Origin: Malacoraja senta
Lineage: Eukaryota
DNA: 64,000 nucleotides
Reading direction: 5' to 3'
Assembly (NCBI GenBank): GCA_038087875.1
Contig: JAXLNO010000202.1
Location: 1 to 64,000, forward strand
Under the pieces are notes generated by a model. That model was not told the origin of the DNA, did not search any database, and saw only the letters and a program-made list of their open reading frames with translations. This document shows, one piece after another, positions 21,521 through 32,897 of this stretch (within the stretch, counting starts at the first letter, position 1; every line of letters begins with the position of its first letter). Made by a program: the position numbers and the translations under genes.

Positions 21521-23231
21521 GGTGAGGTTTAGTTGGGATAGGATTTGCTCCCCTTTGGAAGTGAATGGGTTAATTACGAACAGTCGGCATGGGTTTGTAC
21601 ACAGCAGGTCGTGTCTTGCTAACTTGGTTTAGTTTTTGGGGAGGTGACCAAGTTGATTGATGATAGCAGGTTGGTGGATATTGTCTACATGGATTTTAGT
21701 GAAGTATTTGATAAAATCCCCCATAGTCGGTCGGCTGGTACAGAAGATTAATTTTCATGGGATAAAAAGTGCCTCACTGCTTCCAACCTTTCCCAAAGAC
21801 ACCATGCAGTCCATCCAGTGAAGGTAGAAGCCCTCAGACTGGATGACATTTGGGTATGTCAGGGGTGAGCCATGTCTCTGTGAAACAGATCACACAGTAG
21901 TCTCACTTCTCCAAGGGCAGCATGGTGGTGCAGCGGTAGAGTTGCTGCCTCACAGCGCCAGAGACCCGGGTTCCATCCTGACCACGGGTGCTGTGTGTAC
22001 AGAGTTTGTACATTTTCCCTGTGACCACGTGGGTTTTCTCCAGGTGCTCTGGCTTCCTCCCACACTCAAGACGTGCAGGTTTGTACGTTAATTGGTTTTG
22101 ATAAATTATCCATGAGTAGAGTAGGATAGTGCTATTGTATGGGGTGATAGCTGGTTGATGCGGACTCGGTGGGCAGAAGGGCCTGGTTCAACATTGTAAT
22201 GTTTAACCGTCAGCATGGCTTTAAGTTTATGCAGTTCTCCATAGACTGCACATTAGCCAGTAGTAATCTGTGGAGGGAGACTTGAAACTGTTGCTTCAGC
22301 CTCACCTGTAGACCGGTACCCTTCCCTTGTCTCTTCACCAGGTGGCAGCACTTTGTCCCGTGAGTGGATTCCCGGCCCGGAGTCGGGGTACCGTCCAACA
22401 CGGATAGTTGGGACAAAGATCAGAGACAAGAAAGGAAGGTGTGAGACAGGTTTGAGGCGTTGTTGATTGTGAAGCCAGAGGGTGAGTGGAGCGATAGGTG
22501 GAAGGGAAGAAGGGGGGGGGGATAAAGAGAGCCCTGAGGGAGGGGTAGTTTGAGAGATGAAGGGTTACACCCAGCATCTGCAGATATATTTGGTTCACTG
22601 TGGAATATCCTCATGGTATTCCTACTCTGAAGAAGTTCTCCTCTCTCTGGGAGTTTAGTGATGCTCTCTCACTGCTCCCCTTCTGTGATGGTTTTCCTGT
22701 CTGATATCCAACAGATAGTTTATCTCGACCTGCACCCTAACTTGTTCCAGTAGTTACCACCTTCAGTTTGCGTGTGATATCATCATTAGTATGTAGATCT
22801 TCAATTGCTAAATATTTATTTGTTGCATGCATGTTGTTGCCCTTTGCTCCATATCCATTTTGCATCTTTTGCCAACATGTGGTGCTGTGGTCTAAGCAGA
22901 TAAGTGAAGGAACACTACAACATGCCTCTCACTGCTGGACTGTTCTCGTTTGCACCCCTTGATGTAGTTTAGTTTAGCGATGCAGCCTGGAAAAGGGGTC
23001 TTCGGCCACCGAAGACCCCTGACCAATGATCACCCATACACTAGTTCTATCCTACCCACTAGGGAGATTTTGCAGAAGCCAATTAACCTACAAATCCGCA
23101 CGTCTTTGGGATGTGGGAGGAAACCGGAGAATGCAGAGAAAACCAACGTGGCCACAGGGAGAACGTACAAACTCTGGACTGACAGCACCTGTAATGAGTA
23201 TTGAACCCAGGTTTCTGGCACTGATGCAGTA

Positions 23232-23850
23232 GAATATAAAAACCAGGATGTAATGCTAAGGCTCTATAAGGCACTGGTCAGGCCACATTTGGAATATTGT
23301 GAGCAATTTTGGGCCCCATATCTGATGAAGGATGTGCTGGCTCTGGAGAGGGTCCAGAGGAGGTTTACAAGAACGATCCCAGGAATGAGTAGGTTAACCT
23401 ATGATGAGCGTTTGTCGGCACTGGGCCTGTACTTGCTGGAGTTTAGAAGGATTAGGGGGGGGGGGGGGGGTCTCATTGAAACTTACCGAATAGTGAAAGG
23501 CTTGGATAGAGTGGATGTGGAGAGGATGTTTCCACTCGTGGGAGAGTCTGGGACCAGAGGTCGTAGATTCAGAACTAAATGACGTTCCTTTAGGAAGGAA
23601 ATGAGCAGGAATTTCTTTAGTCAGAGGGTGGTGAATCTGTGGAATTCTTTGCCAAAGACGGCTGTGGAGGCCAAATCAATGGATATTTTTAAAGCAGAGA
23701 TAGATAGATTCTTGATTAGTACAGGTGTCTGAGGTTATGGGGAGAAGGCAGGAGAATGGGGTTGAGGGAAAGATAGATCAGCCATGATTGAATGGTGGAA
23801 TAGACTTTCTGGGCCGAATGGCCTAATTTTGCTCCCATCATATTTACTTA
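23232..23850 (+). mobile_element. CR1 LINE 3' portion
   Basis: [29 protein letters not shown]. Confidence 0.85.
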
Positions 23851-23974
23851 TGAAACAAAATGTCTTAAAGTCTAATTGGCGTGGCACTTCACAGTTTCAA
23901 ATGTGCAGTAACTGGGTTTCCTGCAAGTTCAACTTTCACACACACACAGATACAAATGTAGGAGAAGACAGACA

Positions 23975-24770
23975 GACTCTCACAAGCTGCAACAAAACTT
24001 GGTCTTACACCCAGTACAGCAAAGGCACAGGTGATGAGGATCCACTCCTAAACCAGCAACCCTATCCTTATGCACAGCACAGGAGGTAGAAACATTCACA
24101 TACCTAGGCAGTGTGGTGGACATCACCGGAGGGGCAGAGTCAGATATAAAAAGTAGAATCAATAAGGCTAGGGCGGTGTTTAACATGCTCACGAAGATCT
24201 GGAGCTCAAAACACATCGCAATCAACACCAAAATATGCATCTTTAACTCGCATGTGGAACAGGTGATGCTGTATGGATCAGAGACATGGAAAACAACAAA
24301 ACACACTACAAACATTCACTAACACCTGCCTTAGGAGAATACTTAACATCTAGTGGAGAGACAAAGCAAGCAATGTGGACCTGTGGAGAAGGACAAGCCT
24401 GGAGCCCATTGACTTACAAATTCAAAAGAGAAAATGGAGTTGGATGGGACGCACCGTCAGGAAACCTGCCACAAACATCACCCAGCAAGCCCTGAAATGG
24501 AACCCCCAAGGAAAAAGGAAAAGAGGTCGCCCCAGGAACAGCTGGAGAAGAGGTGTCCAGACAGAAATGTCTGAGAGTGGGCTCAACTGGGAAGATCTCG
24601 AAAGAACTGGCAACAACCGAGTGAGGTGGAGGACATTTGTCAATGGCCTATGTTCCCTAGAGGAGCAAAGGGCATTTGTCAATGGCCTATGTTCCCTAGA
24701 GGAGCAAAGGGCATTTGTCAATGGCCTGTGTTCCCTAGAGGAGCAAAGGGCTTAAGAAGAAGAAGAAGAA
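23975..24770 (+). mobile_element. RTE-clade LINE 3' portion with (AAG)n tail
   Basis: TFTYLGS, DIKSRINKAR, LYGSETW, KWNPQGKRKRGRPRNSWRR; tail TAAGAAGAAGAAGAAGAA at 24753-24770. Confidence 0.85.
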
Positions 24771-25024
24771 CAGTTCAACTTAGAAATTATCTGATGGCAA
24801 CATAGGCCAGTGGGAAGCTTCTTCTGTTGATGGGTTCCACTATTGCTTCTGGCACAAACTACACTTTCCATTTGACCTGCAATTGTTGACATATGACTGC
24901 TTTCGTAGTGCCTGTAACCACAATATAAGCACAGAACATTAAACAACCTTGCAATATGAATGGCAAAGAATTTCTATTGTCCGTAGCCTCTAGAATTAAA
25001 GGAGACGCCTTGAACAGTCTCCGA

Positions 25025-25370
25025 TCAATAGACAATAGGTGCAGGAGTAGGCCATTCGGCCCTTCGAGCTAGCACCACCATTCAATGTGATCATGGCTGA
25101 TCATCCACAATCAGTACCCCGTTCCTGCCTTCTTCCCATATCCCCTGACTCCGCTATCTTTAAGAGCCCTATTTAACTCTCTTGAAAGTGTCCAGAGAAC
25201 CGGCCTCCACCGCCCTCTGAGGCAGAGAATTCCACAGACTCACCACTCTCTGTGAGAATAAGTGTTTCCTCGTCTCCGTTCTAAATGGCTTACTCCTTAT
25301 TCTTAAACTGTGGCCCCTGGTTCTGGACTCCCCCAACATCGGGAACATGTTTCCTGCCTCTAATGTGTTC
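25025..25370 (-). mobile_element. CR1 LINE 3' end
   Basis: GESRTRGHSLRIR..QRVVSLWNSLP. Confidence 0.85.
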
Positions 25371-26382
25371 AATATTGATTTCCGTTTATTGTCACATGTA
25401 CCGAGGTACAGTGAAAAGCTTTTGTTGTGTGTTATCCAGTCAATGCAAAGACGATTCATGATTCCAATCGAGCCATTCACATTGTACATATACATTGTTC
25501 TGTAGATTCAGGATCAGTTCCTGTGGATTGGAGGGTAGCTAATGTTATCCCACTTTTTAAGAAAGGCAGGAGAGAGAAAACAGGGAATTATAGACCAGTT
25601 AGCCTGACATCGGTGGTGGGGAAGATGCTGGAGTCAATTATAAAATATGAAATAGCGGCACATTTGGATAGCAGTAACAGGATCGGTCCGAGTCAGCATG
25701 GATTTACGAAGGGGAAATCATGCTTGACTAATCTTCTGGAATTTTTTGAGGATGTAACTAGGAAAATGGACAAGGGAGAGCCAGTGGATGTAGTGTACCT
25801 GGACTTTCAGAAAGCATTTGATAAGGTCCCACATAGGAGATTAGTGGACAAAATTAGGGCACATGGTATTGGGGGTAGAGTGCTGACATGGATAGAAAAT
25901 TGGTTGGCAGACAGGATACAAAGAGTAGGGATTAGCGGGTCCCTTTCAGAATGGCAGGCAGTGACTAGTGGGGTACCGCAAGGGTCGGTGCATGGACCGC
26001 AGCTATTTACAATATACATCAATGATTTAGATGAAGGGATTCAAAGTAACGTTAGCAAATTTGCAGATGACACAAAGCTGGGTGGCAGTGTGAACTGTGA
26101 GGAGGATGCTATGAGAATGCAGGGTGACTTGGACAGGTTGGGGGAGTGGGCAAATGCATGGCAGATGCAGTTTTATGTGGATAAATGTGAGGTTATCCAC
26201 TTTGGGAGGTAAAACAGGAAGGCAGATTACTATCTAAATGGTGTCAAGTTGGGAAAAGGGGAAGTACAACGGGATTTGGGGGTCCTTGTTCATCAGTCTA
26301 TGAAAGTAAGCATGCAGGTACAGCAGGCAGTGAAGAAAGCGAATGGCATGTTGGCCTTTATAACAAGAGGAGTTGAGTATAG

Positions 26383-28364
26383 TCAAGTCAAGTCAAGTCA
26401 CATTATTATATAGCGTATTTAAAAAACAACTCTCGTTGGCCAAAGTGCTTTACATTTGTTATAAGAATAGCACAACAAAACAAACTACATACATATATAC
26501 ATGTAGCCCTCATTCAGAGGACGTCAGGAAAGGCTTGGGAGTATAGGTAAGTCTTTAGTCTTGACTTAAAAGAGTCGATGGAGGGGGCAGTTCTGATGGG
26601 AAAGGGGATGCTGTTCCACAGTCTAGGAGCTGCAACCGCAAAGGCGCGGTCGCCCCTGAGCTTATGCCTAGACCGCGGGATATTCAGCAACCCCAAGTCG
26701 GCCGATCTGAGGGACCTGGAGGTGGAGTGGTGGGTGAGAAGACTTTTTATGTAGGTGGGGGAAAACCCATTGAGGGCTTTGTAGACATGGAGGAGGATCT
26801 TCAAATGTATACGGAACCGCACAGGGAGCCAGTGGAGAGAGGCCAGGATCGGGGTGATGTGGTCCCTTTTTCGGGTGCCCGTCAGGAGTCTCGCTGCGGC
26901 GTTTTGGACCAGTTGCAGGCGGGACAGGGAAGATTGGCTGATGCCAGTGCAAAGGGAGTTGCAGTAATCTAGGCGGGAGGAGATGAATGTGTGGATGATC
27001 TTTTCGAGGTCATCAAAGTGGAGGAATTGTTATATTTTAGCTATCGTCCGAAGCTGAAAGAAGCTAGCTTTTACCACGGCATTGACTTGTTTGTCAAATT
27101 TCAGTGCCGAGTCAAATATCACGCCAAGGTTTTTGACGTGAGGTTTGAGTAGTGGGGTAAGGCTTCCAAGGCTGCCTGCTATCATTTTGATTGAGTCCGA
27201 GGGGCCGAGAAGGATGACCTCAGACTTACTCTCGTTTAGTTGGAGGAAGTTCTGGGCCATCCAACACTTTATATCCTCGAGGCAGTGGGTAAGGTTAAGC
27301 AGATTTGATTGGTTTTTGGGCTTCAGGGGGAGATAGAGTTGTGTATCGTCTGCGTAGCAATGGAAGGAAATGCCGTGCCTTTCAATGACTTGGCCTAAGG
27401 GGAGCATATACAGGGAGAAGAGAATGGGGCCAAGGATGGAACCTTGTGGAACCCCACAGCAGAGATTAGCTGGGGAGGAGAAAGAGTTGCCTATGTTGCC
27501 TAATCAAAATAGGACGTACATGGTAAATGGTAGCGAATTGAGGAATGCAGTTGAACAGAGGGATCTAGGAATAACTGTGCATAGTTCCCTGAAGGTGGAA
27601 TCTCATGTAGATAGGGTGGTAAAGAAAGCTTTTGGTGTGCTGGCCTTTATAAATCAGAGCATTGAATATAGAAGTTGGGATGTAATGTTAAAATTGTACA
27701 AGGCATTGGTGAGGCCAATTCTGGAGTATGGAGTACAATTTTGGTTGCCTAATTATAGGAAGGATGTCAACAAAATAGAGAGAGTACAGAGGAGATTTAC
27801 TAGAATGTTGCCTGGGTTTCAGCAACTAAGTTACAGAGAAAGGTTGAACAAGTTAGGTCTTTATTCTTTGGAGCGCAGAAGGTTAAGGGGGGACTTGATA
27901 GAGGTCTTTAAAATTATGAGCGGGTTAGACAGAGTTGACGTGGATAAGCTTTTCCCATTGAGAGTAGGGAAGATTCAAACAAGGGGACATGACTTGAGAA
28001 TTAAGGGACAGAAGTTTAGGGGTAACATTAGGGGGAACTTCTTTACTCAGAGAGTGGTAGCTGTGGAATGAGCTTCCAGTGGAAGTGGTGGAGGCAGGTT
28101 AGATTTTATCCTTTAAAAATAGATTGGATGGGTATATGGATGGGAAAGGAATGGAGGGTTATGGTCTGAGTGCAGATAGATGGGACTAGGGGGAAGTAAA
28201 AAAAATGGCCTGTTTCCGTGCTGTAATGGTTATATGGTTATGTTAGTCGAGAAACACCTACCTTTGAGGTAGGAGATGAACCAGCTCAGGGCAGTGCCAT
28301 CAATACCAACCCCGTACCGGAGACGGTTAATTAGGATGGTGTGGTCGACAGTATCAAATGCTGC
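26383..28364 (-). mobile_element. Second L2-clade LINE family, 5'-truncated, (TTGAC)n tail
   Basis: SAAFDTVDH, HCYADDTQLY, GDRAFAVAAPRLWN. TSD GAGTATAG at 26375-82 and 28389-96. Confidence 0.88.
27498..28238 (+). mobile_element. CR1 LINE 3' portion nested in L2
   Basis: LYKALVRPILEYGVQFW; TSD TATGTT at 27492-97 and 28239-44. Confidence 0.88.
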
Positions 28365-29583
28365 GCTCCATTCTCTCAGCATATGACAGAGTATAGGAGC
28401 AAATAGGTCCATTTGCAGTTGTATAGGGCCCTAATGAGACCACACCTGGAGTATTGTGTGCAGTTTTGCTCCCCTAATTTGAGGAAGGACATTCTTGCTA
28501 TTGAGGGAGTGCAGCGTAGGTTTACAAAGTTGATTCCCGGGATGGCGGGACTGTCATATGCTGAGAGAATGGAGCAGCTGGGCTTGTATACTCTGGAGTT
28601 TAGAAGGATGAGAGGGGATCTTATTGAAACATATAAGATTATTAAGGGTTTGGACACGCTAGAGGCAGGCACCAAGTTCCCGATGTTGGGGGAGTCCAGA
28701 ACCAGGGGCCACAGTTTAAGAATAAGGGGTAAGCCATTTAGAACGGAGATGAGGAAACACTTTTTCTCACAGAGAGTTGTGAGTCTGCGGAATTCTCTGC
28801 CTCAGAGGGTGGTGGAGGCCGGTTCTCTGGATACTTTCAAGAGAGAGCTAGATGGGGCTCTTAAAGATAGCGGAGTTAGGGGACATGGGGAGAAGGCAGG
28901 AATGGGGTACTGATTGGGGATGATCAGCCATGATCACAGTGAATGGCGGTGCTGGCTCGAAGGGCCGAATGGCCTACTCCTGGTCCTATTGTCTATTGAT
29001 ACAGGGTAAAGGGAATAACATGAATAATGTTTAGTGCAAGGTAAAGTAAGTAGTTCAGGACTACTCACTAGTTGTGGTAGGATAACAGCTGGGAAGAAAC
29101 TGTCCGTGAATCTGGAGCTGTGCGTTTTCACACTTCTGTACCTCTTGCCCGATGGGAGAGGGGAGAACCAGGAAGTAAGGGCCAGAAGCTGTAAGTCTGC
29201 TGAAGGTTCACTGACCACCGATGCTGCCTGACCTGCCGAGCATCTCTATCATTTTTTGATTTTGTGTTCCAGCATCTGCAGTTTTTGATTTTAAGTCTGA
29301 CTTACTTATTCTGCAGCAGATGCAGAAACCTAGAGGTTGCCCAACATTCTACTGCATGAGCTGAGACAATGTGGCTTAAAGCTGGGACTGATCTATACAC
29401 AGATGCTGCCTGACCCACTGAGTTCTTCCAGCACTGCCTTTTACTTGTGTGACTACTTGGGTCTGATGATACCTAATAAACCCACGTTTCCATGTTTACT
29501 CAAAAAGCAAAATAAGCTGATTTCCATTTATTTTTTCTGCAGAAAAACGGAAGATTATTAGATTTTAACATTTCCACCAGAAA

Positions 29584-29686
29584 ATGAAAGTTTCAAAAGA
29601 TTTCCTCTGGGTGTCTGCAGCTGTTGTCGTCATTCTGCTCGTTGCCTCAGTTGCTGCAATTATTCTGGCAAAATATTACACAAAAG
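29584..29686 (+). CDS. Serine protease gene, coding exon 1 (start Met + hydrophobic signal-anchor)
   Basis: ATG 29584 reads MKVSKDFLWVSAAVVVILLVASVAAIILAKYYTK, then donor GTGAGA at 29687 (phase 1). There is an in-frame TAA upstream at 29566-68 and candidate acceptors at 29541-42 and 29579-80. Confidence 0.75.
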
Positions 29687-29758
29687 GTGAGAAGAGAGTG
29701 GTTACGGGGAGAAGGCAGGAGAATGGGGTTGGGAGGGAAAGATAGATCAGCCATGATT

Positions 29759-29893
29759 CTTCTTACGTGTGGCGTGCACAGCCTAAAGTTGTAGGACAAC
29801 TTGTTCTATTTGATCTTATTTGTTTGTGCACGCCGGGTTCATTGCATTCGTCGCAACAGGGCGGACCACGTGAAGGTTGCAATCTTCCACCCC
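29759..29893 (-). mobile_element. ~135-bp non-autonomous retroposon with ribozyme head and AAG tail
   Basis: Flanked by direct repeat (C)AGCCATGATT at 29748-29758 and 29893-29903, inside a CR1 3' fragment. Minus-strand 3' end is GCCACACGT-AAGAAGAA. Confidence 0.85.
29841..29893 (-). ncRNA. Predicted minimal HDV-like (CPEB3-type) self-cleaving ribozyme
   Basis: Minus strand reads GGGGUGG-AAG-AUUGCA-ACC-UUCACGU-GGU-CCGCCCU-GU-UGCGA-CGAA-UGCAAU. P1 (7 bp, G1.U), P2 (6 bp) and P3 (3 bp) all pair in nested double-pseudoknot order. L3 is UUCACGU and J4/2 is CGAA (putative catalytic C at 29850). Confidence 0.82.
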
Positions 29894-30226
29894 AGCCATG
29901 ATTGAATGGCGGAGTAGACATGTAATGCCAATTGTTGAAACTAAATGCATTGGCAGGGAACATTTAACCACAATGTCCATAGAACATGCAACATGGGAAC
30001 AGACTCTGGCCCACAATGTCTGTGCTGAACACGATACCACGATGAACTCGTCTTCACTGCCCTCTATTCCCTGCATGTCCATGTGTCCCTGTAATACTAC
30101 TGTTGTATGTGTCTTTAACACCACCCCTGGCAGCATCCACCGCCCTCTGCATAACTATTATCCTGCATATTTTAACCTTTACTCCTCTCACCTTAAAGTT
30201 ATGTCCTCTAATGTTGAATATTTCTA

Positions 30227-30389
30227 TGGGGGGAGGGTGTGGTGGGGGGGGGGTGGAAGGTGTGGGGGGGGAGGGAGGATGGGGGGGAGGGAGGATGGGG
30301 GGGGAGGGAGGATGGGGGGGGAGGGAGGGTGGGGGGGGGAAGGGTGTGGGGGATGTGGGGGGGGAGGGGGAGGGTGTGGGGGGGGGAGG
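30227..30389 (+). repeat. G-run low-complexity tract
   Basis: Many consecutive runs of 3-11 G. Confidence 0.9.
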
Positions 30390-31907
30390 TTTTGTCTCCC
30401 TACCCTATCTATGTATCGCATAATTTGATATACTTCTATCAGATTTCCCCTCAGCCTCTGATGTTCCAGAGAAAATAATTCAAATGTGTCCAACCTTGTA
30501 GCTAATACCTCTGATCCAGGCAGCATTTTGGTAAAACCTCTTGCACCCTCTCCAAACCCTCCACATCCTTCCTTTAATAGTGCAACCTAAACTGCAAGCA
30601 ATACTCCAAATGCAGCCTAATCAATGTCCTCAAAAGCACCATACTGACCAAGTTGACATAGTGCCTGCATTTGGCCCATATTCCTCTAAACCCTTCCTAT
30701 TCATATCTGTCTAAATGTCATAAAGCTTCGAGTGCTTTGTCTGGTATCTCATTCTAGATATAGACTGCATACTTAAGTCAAAAGGTTGCCCCTGAGGTCC
30801 CTATTAAATCTATCTCCTCTGAACTTAAGCTGCCATCTAGTTTTAGAATCCTCTACACTGGGGAAAAGACTGAGTGTTCACTTTACTAATGAACCCATGA
30901 CCTTGTACACCTCGATAAGGTCACCCTCAGCCTTCTGCACTCCAGCCTATCCAACCTCTCCCTGTAACTCAAGCCCACAAGCCCAGGTAACATCCTGATG
31001 AATCTCTTCAACACCCTTTCCAATTCAATGCCAGACTTCCTGTATCTGGGTGACCAGACCTGCACATACTGTTCCCAGCCACCCGTACAGCTGCTTCATG
31101 ATGTCCCAACTTCTGTATTTATTTCTAAGAAAATGTAATTAACAATTGCAGGAGAAAAGGAAAAGGTTGAGAACATTAGAGGCGTGATTTAGAACGCAGC
31201 ATAAAGAAGCACGACAAGCAATTCAGATAATACTCTACAAAAAACACAATAGTCAAACTCAAGAGCAATGGATGGAGCATAACAATAGATACTCTGAACC
31301 TATTCTGAATCTAGGTTACTGTCTGAAGAAAGATCTTGACCCAAAACGTCATCCATTCCTTCTCTCCAGAGATGCCCCTTAGAATAAAGGGGAGGCCATT
31401 TAAGACTGAGGAGAGAAAAAACGTTTTCACCCAGAGAGTTGTGAATTTGTGGAATTCCCTGCCACAGAGGGCAGTGGAGGCCAATTCACTCGATGGATTT
31501 AAGAAGGAGTTAGATAGAGCTCTAGGGGCTAGTGGAATCAAGGGATATGGGGAGAAGGCAGGCACGGGTTATTGATTGGGGACGATCAGCCATGGTGGTG
31601 AATGGCGGTGCTGGCTCGAAGGGCCGAATGGCCTCCTGCACCTATTTTCTATGTTTCTATGCTGCCTGTCCCACTGAGTTACTCCAGCATTCTGTGTCTA
31701 TCTTCAGTGTAAACCAGCATCTGTAGTTCCGTCCTACACAATCGGTTCTACAGAGCAGTACAATGAGTTGTGGGTACAATATCCTTGTGTGAATGTAATG
31801 ACTGCATCTCTAACTTGAGGAGCAGCTTCTTGGTTTCAGTTTACACAGGTACAGTGAAGAGCTTGTGTCCAGATTAAGTCTCTGCTCCACTGACAGTCAA
31901 CCTGGTG

Positions 31908-32760
31908 AACCCGGAAGTGGCGATGCTGTTGCACAGCTGCGGCTCGCCTGCAGTCCGTCTGTTTTTACTTTTTTTTTTGTTTTCTTTTGTCCTGTTTTAG
32001 TCAAATTTTAGTTTATTGGGTTGTGTATGTGTGTGGTGGGGGGGGGGGTGAAACATGACTTTTGTCTCTTCCTTCGGGGGAATGCGACTTTTTCTTGTCG
32101 TATCCCCCTTCTCTGCCTCCGTCTGCGCTGAGGCCAAAATGGCGGAGCTGCCGGCCTCCAACTCCAACTGCGACCGACCGACCTCGAGGCTCCGGAGGCA
32201 GAGCCAGGACTTACCAGCGCGGGGCTGGCCAACTTCAGGGCTGTGGTGGTGTTCCGGCGGTGGCGACCGAGGACACTGGTGGCGACCTGAGACCGGAGGC
32301 TCGGCCGCAGCTGGCCCAGTGGACGACATCGTCGGGAGCTCGCAGGTCACAGGTGGGTGACCTGTTTTTCTGGGGCTCCCGCAACTACAGCTGCGTCCGC
32401 TGGACTGGAGGGCGGCAGCTTCGGCAGCTTCGACCACCCCGGGCCGCGGAGTTTGAACCGGCCCGTCGCGGACGGAGCACGGATTCAGCCGCGGGATTGA
32501 CTTACCATCACCCGGTGGGGTCACAACGTCAGAAGCCTGGATCGCCTCAGCGCAGAGGGAGAACAAAGAGGGAAGAGACAGAGACTTTAAGACTTTTGCC
32601 TCCATCACAGTGAGGAGGTGCCTGGTGAACTCACTGTGGTGGATGTTAATTTGTGTTTATTGTGTGTTTTATTATTTATTATATGTATAACTGCAAGCAA
32701 CGAAGTTTCGTTCAGACCGAAAGGTCTGCATGACAATAAAGGAATCTATCTATCTATCTA
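31908..32760 (+). mobile_element. CpG-rich non-coding retroposon-like repeat, unclassified
   Basis: Ends with TGACAATAAA and an (ATCT)n tail. Shares a GAACAA(A)GAGG(G)AAGAG...CTTT-GCC...CAGTG segment with 37643-38380. Confidence 0.5.
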
Positions 32761-32834
32761 ACTGTGCACATTCATTTGCTCTGACCTTCCATGTAGTTAC
32801 AATGTCGCTGTACACTCACATCTCTATCTTTCAG

Positions 32835-32897
32835 CGACTTCAAATAAACAGACTATAGAATTTCCAGGAATCGGAGATCTGTCTTCAATTAATGAAA
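32835..32897 (+). CDS. Serine protease gene, coding exon 2 (short stalk)
   Basis: Pyrimidine tract + TTTCAG acceptor and GTAAGT donor. 63 bp, phase 1-1, open frame (A)TSNKQTIEFPGIGDLSSINE in otherwise non-repeat sequence. Confidence 0.7.

Larger units (their letters stand above)
25495..28996 (+). mobile_element. CR1 LINE (RT to 3' tail) hosting nested L2 and CR1
   Basis: ORF 25427-26212 with NYRPVSLTSVVGK, QHGFTKGKSC, YLDFQKAFDKVPH, FADDTKL; resumes at 28389. Confidence 0.9.

Noticed and set aside
31997..32613. 203- and 183-aa ORFs in intron 1 as missing stem-domain exons
   Set aside because: They lie in a GC-rich repeat and have no SEA/LDLa/SRCR/CUB cysteine pattern or convincing phase-1 splice pair.
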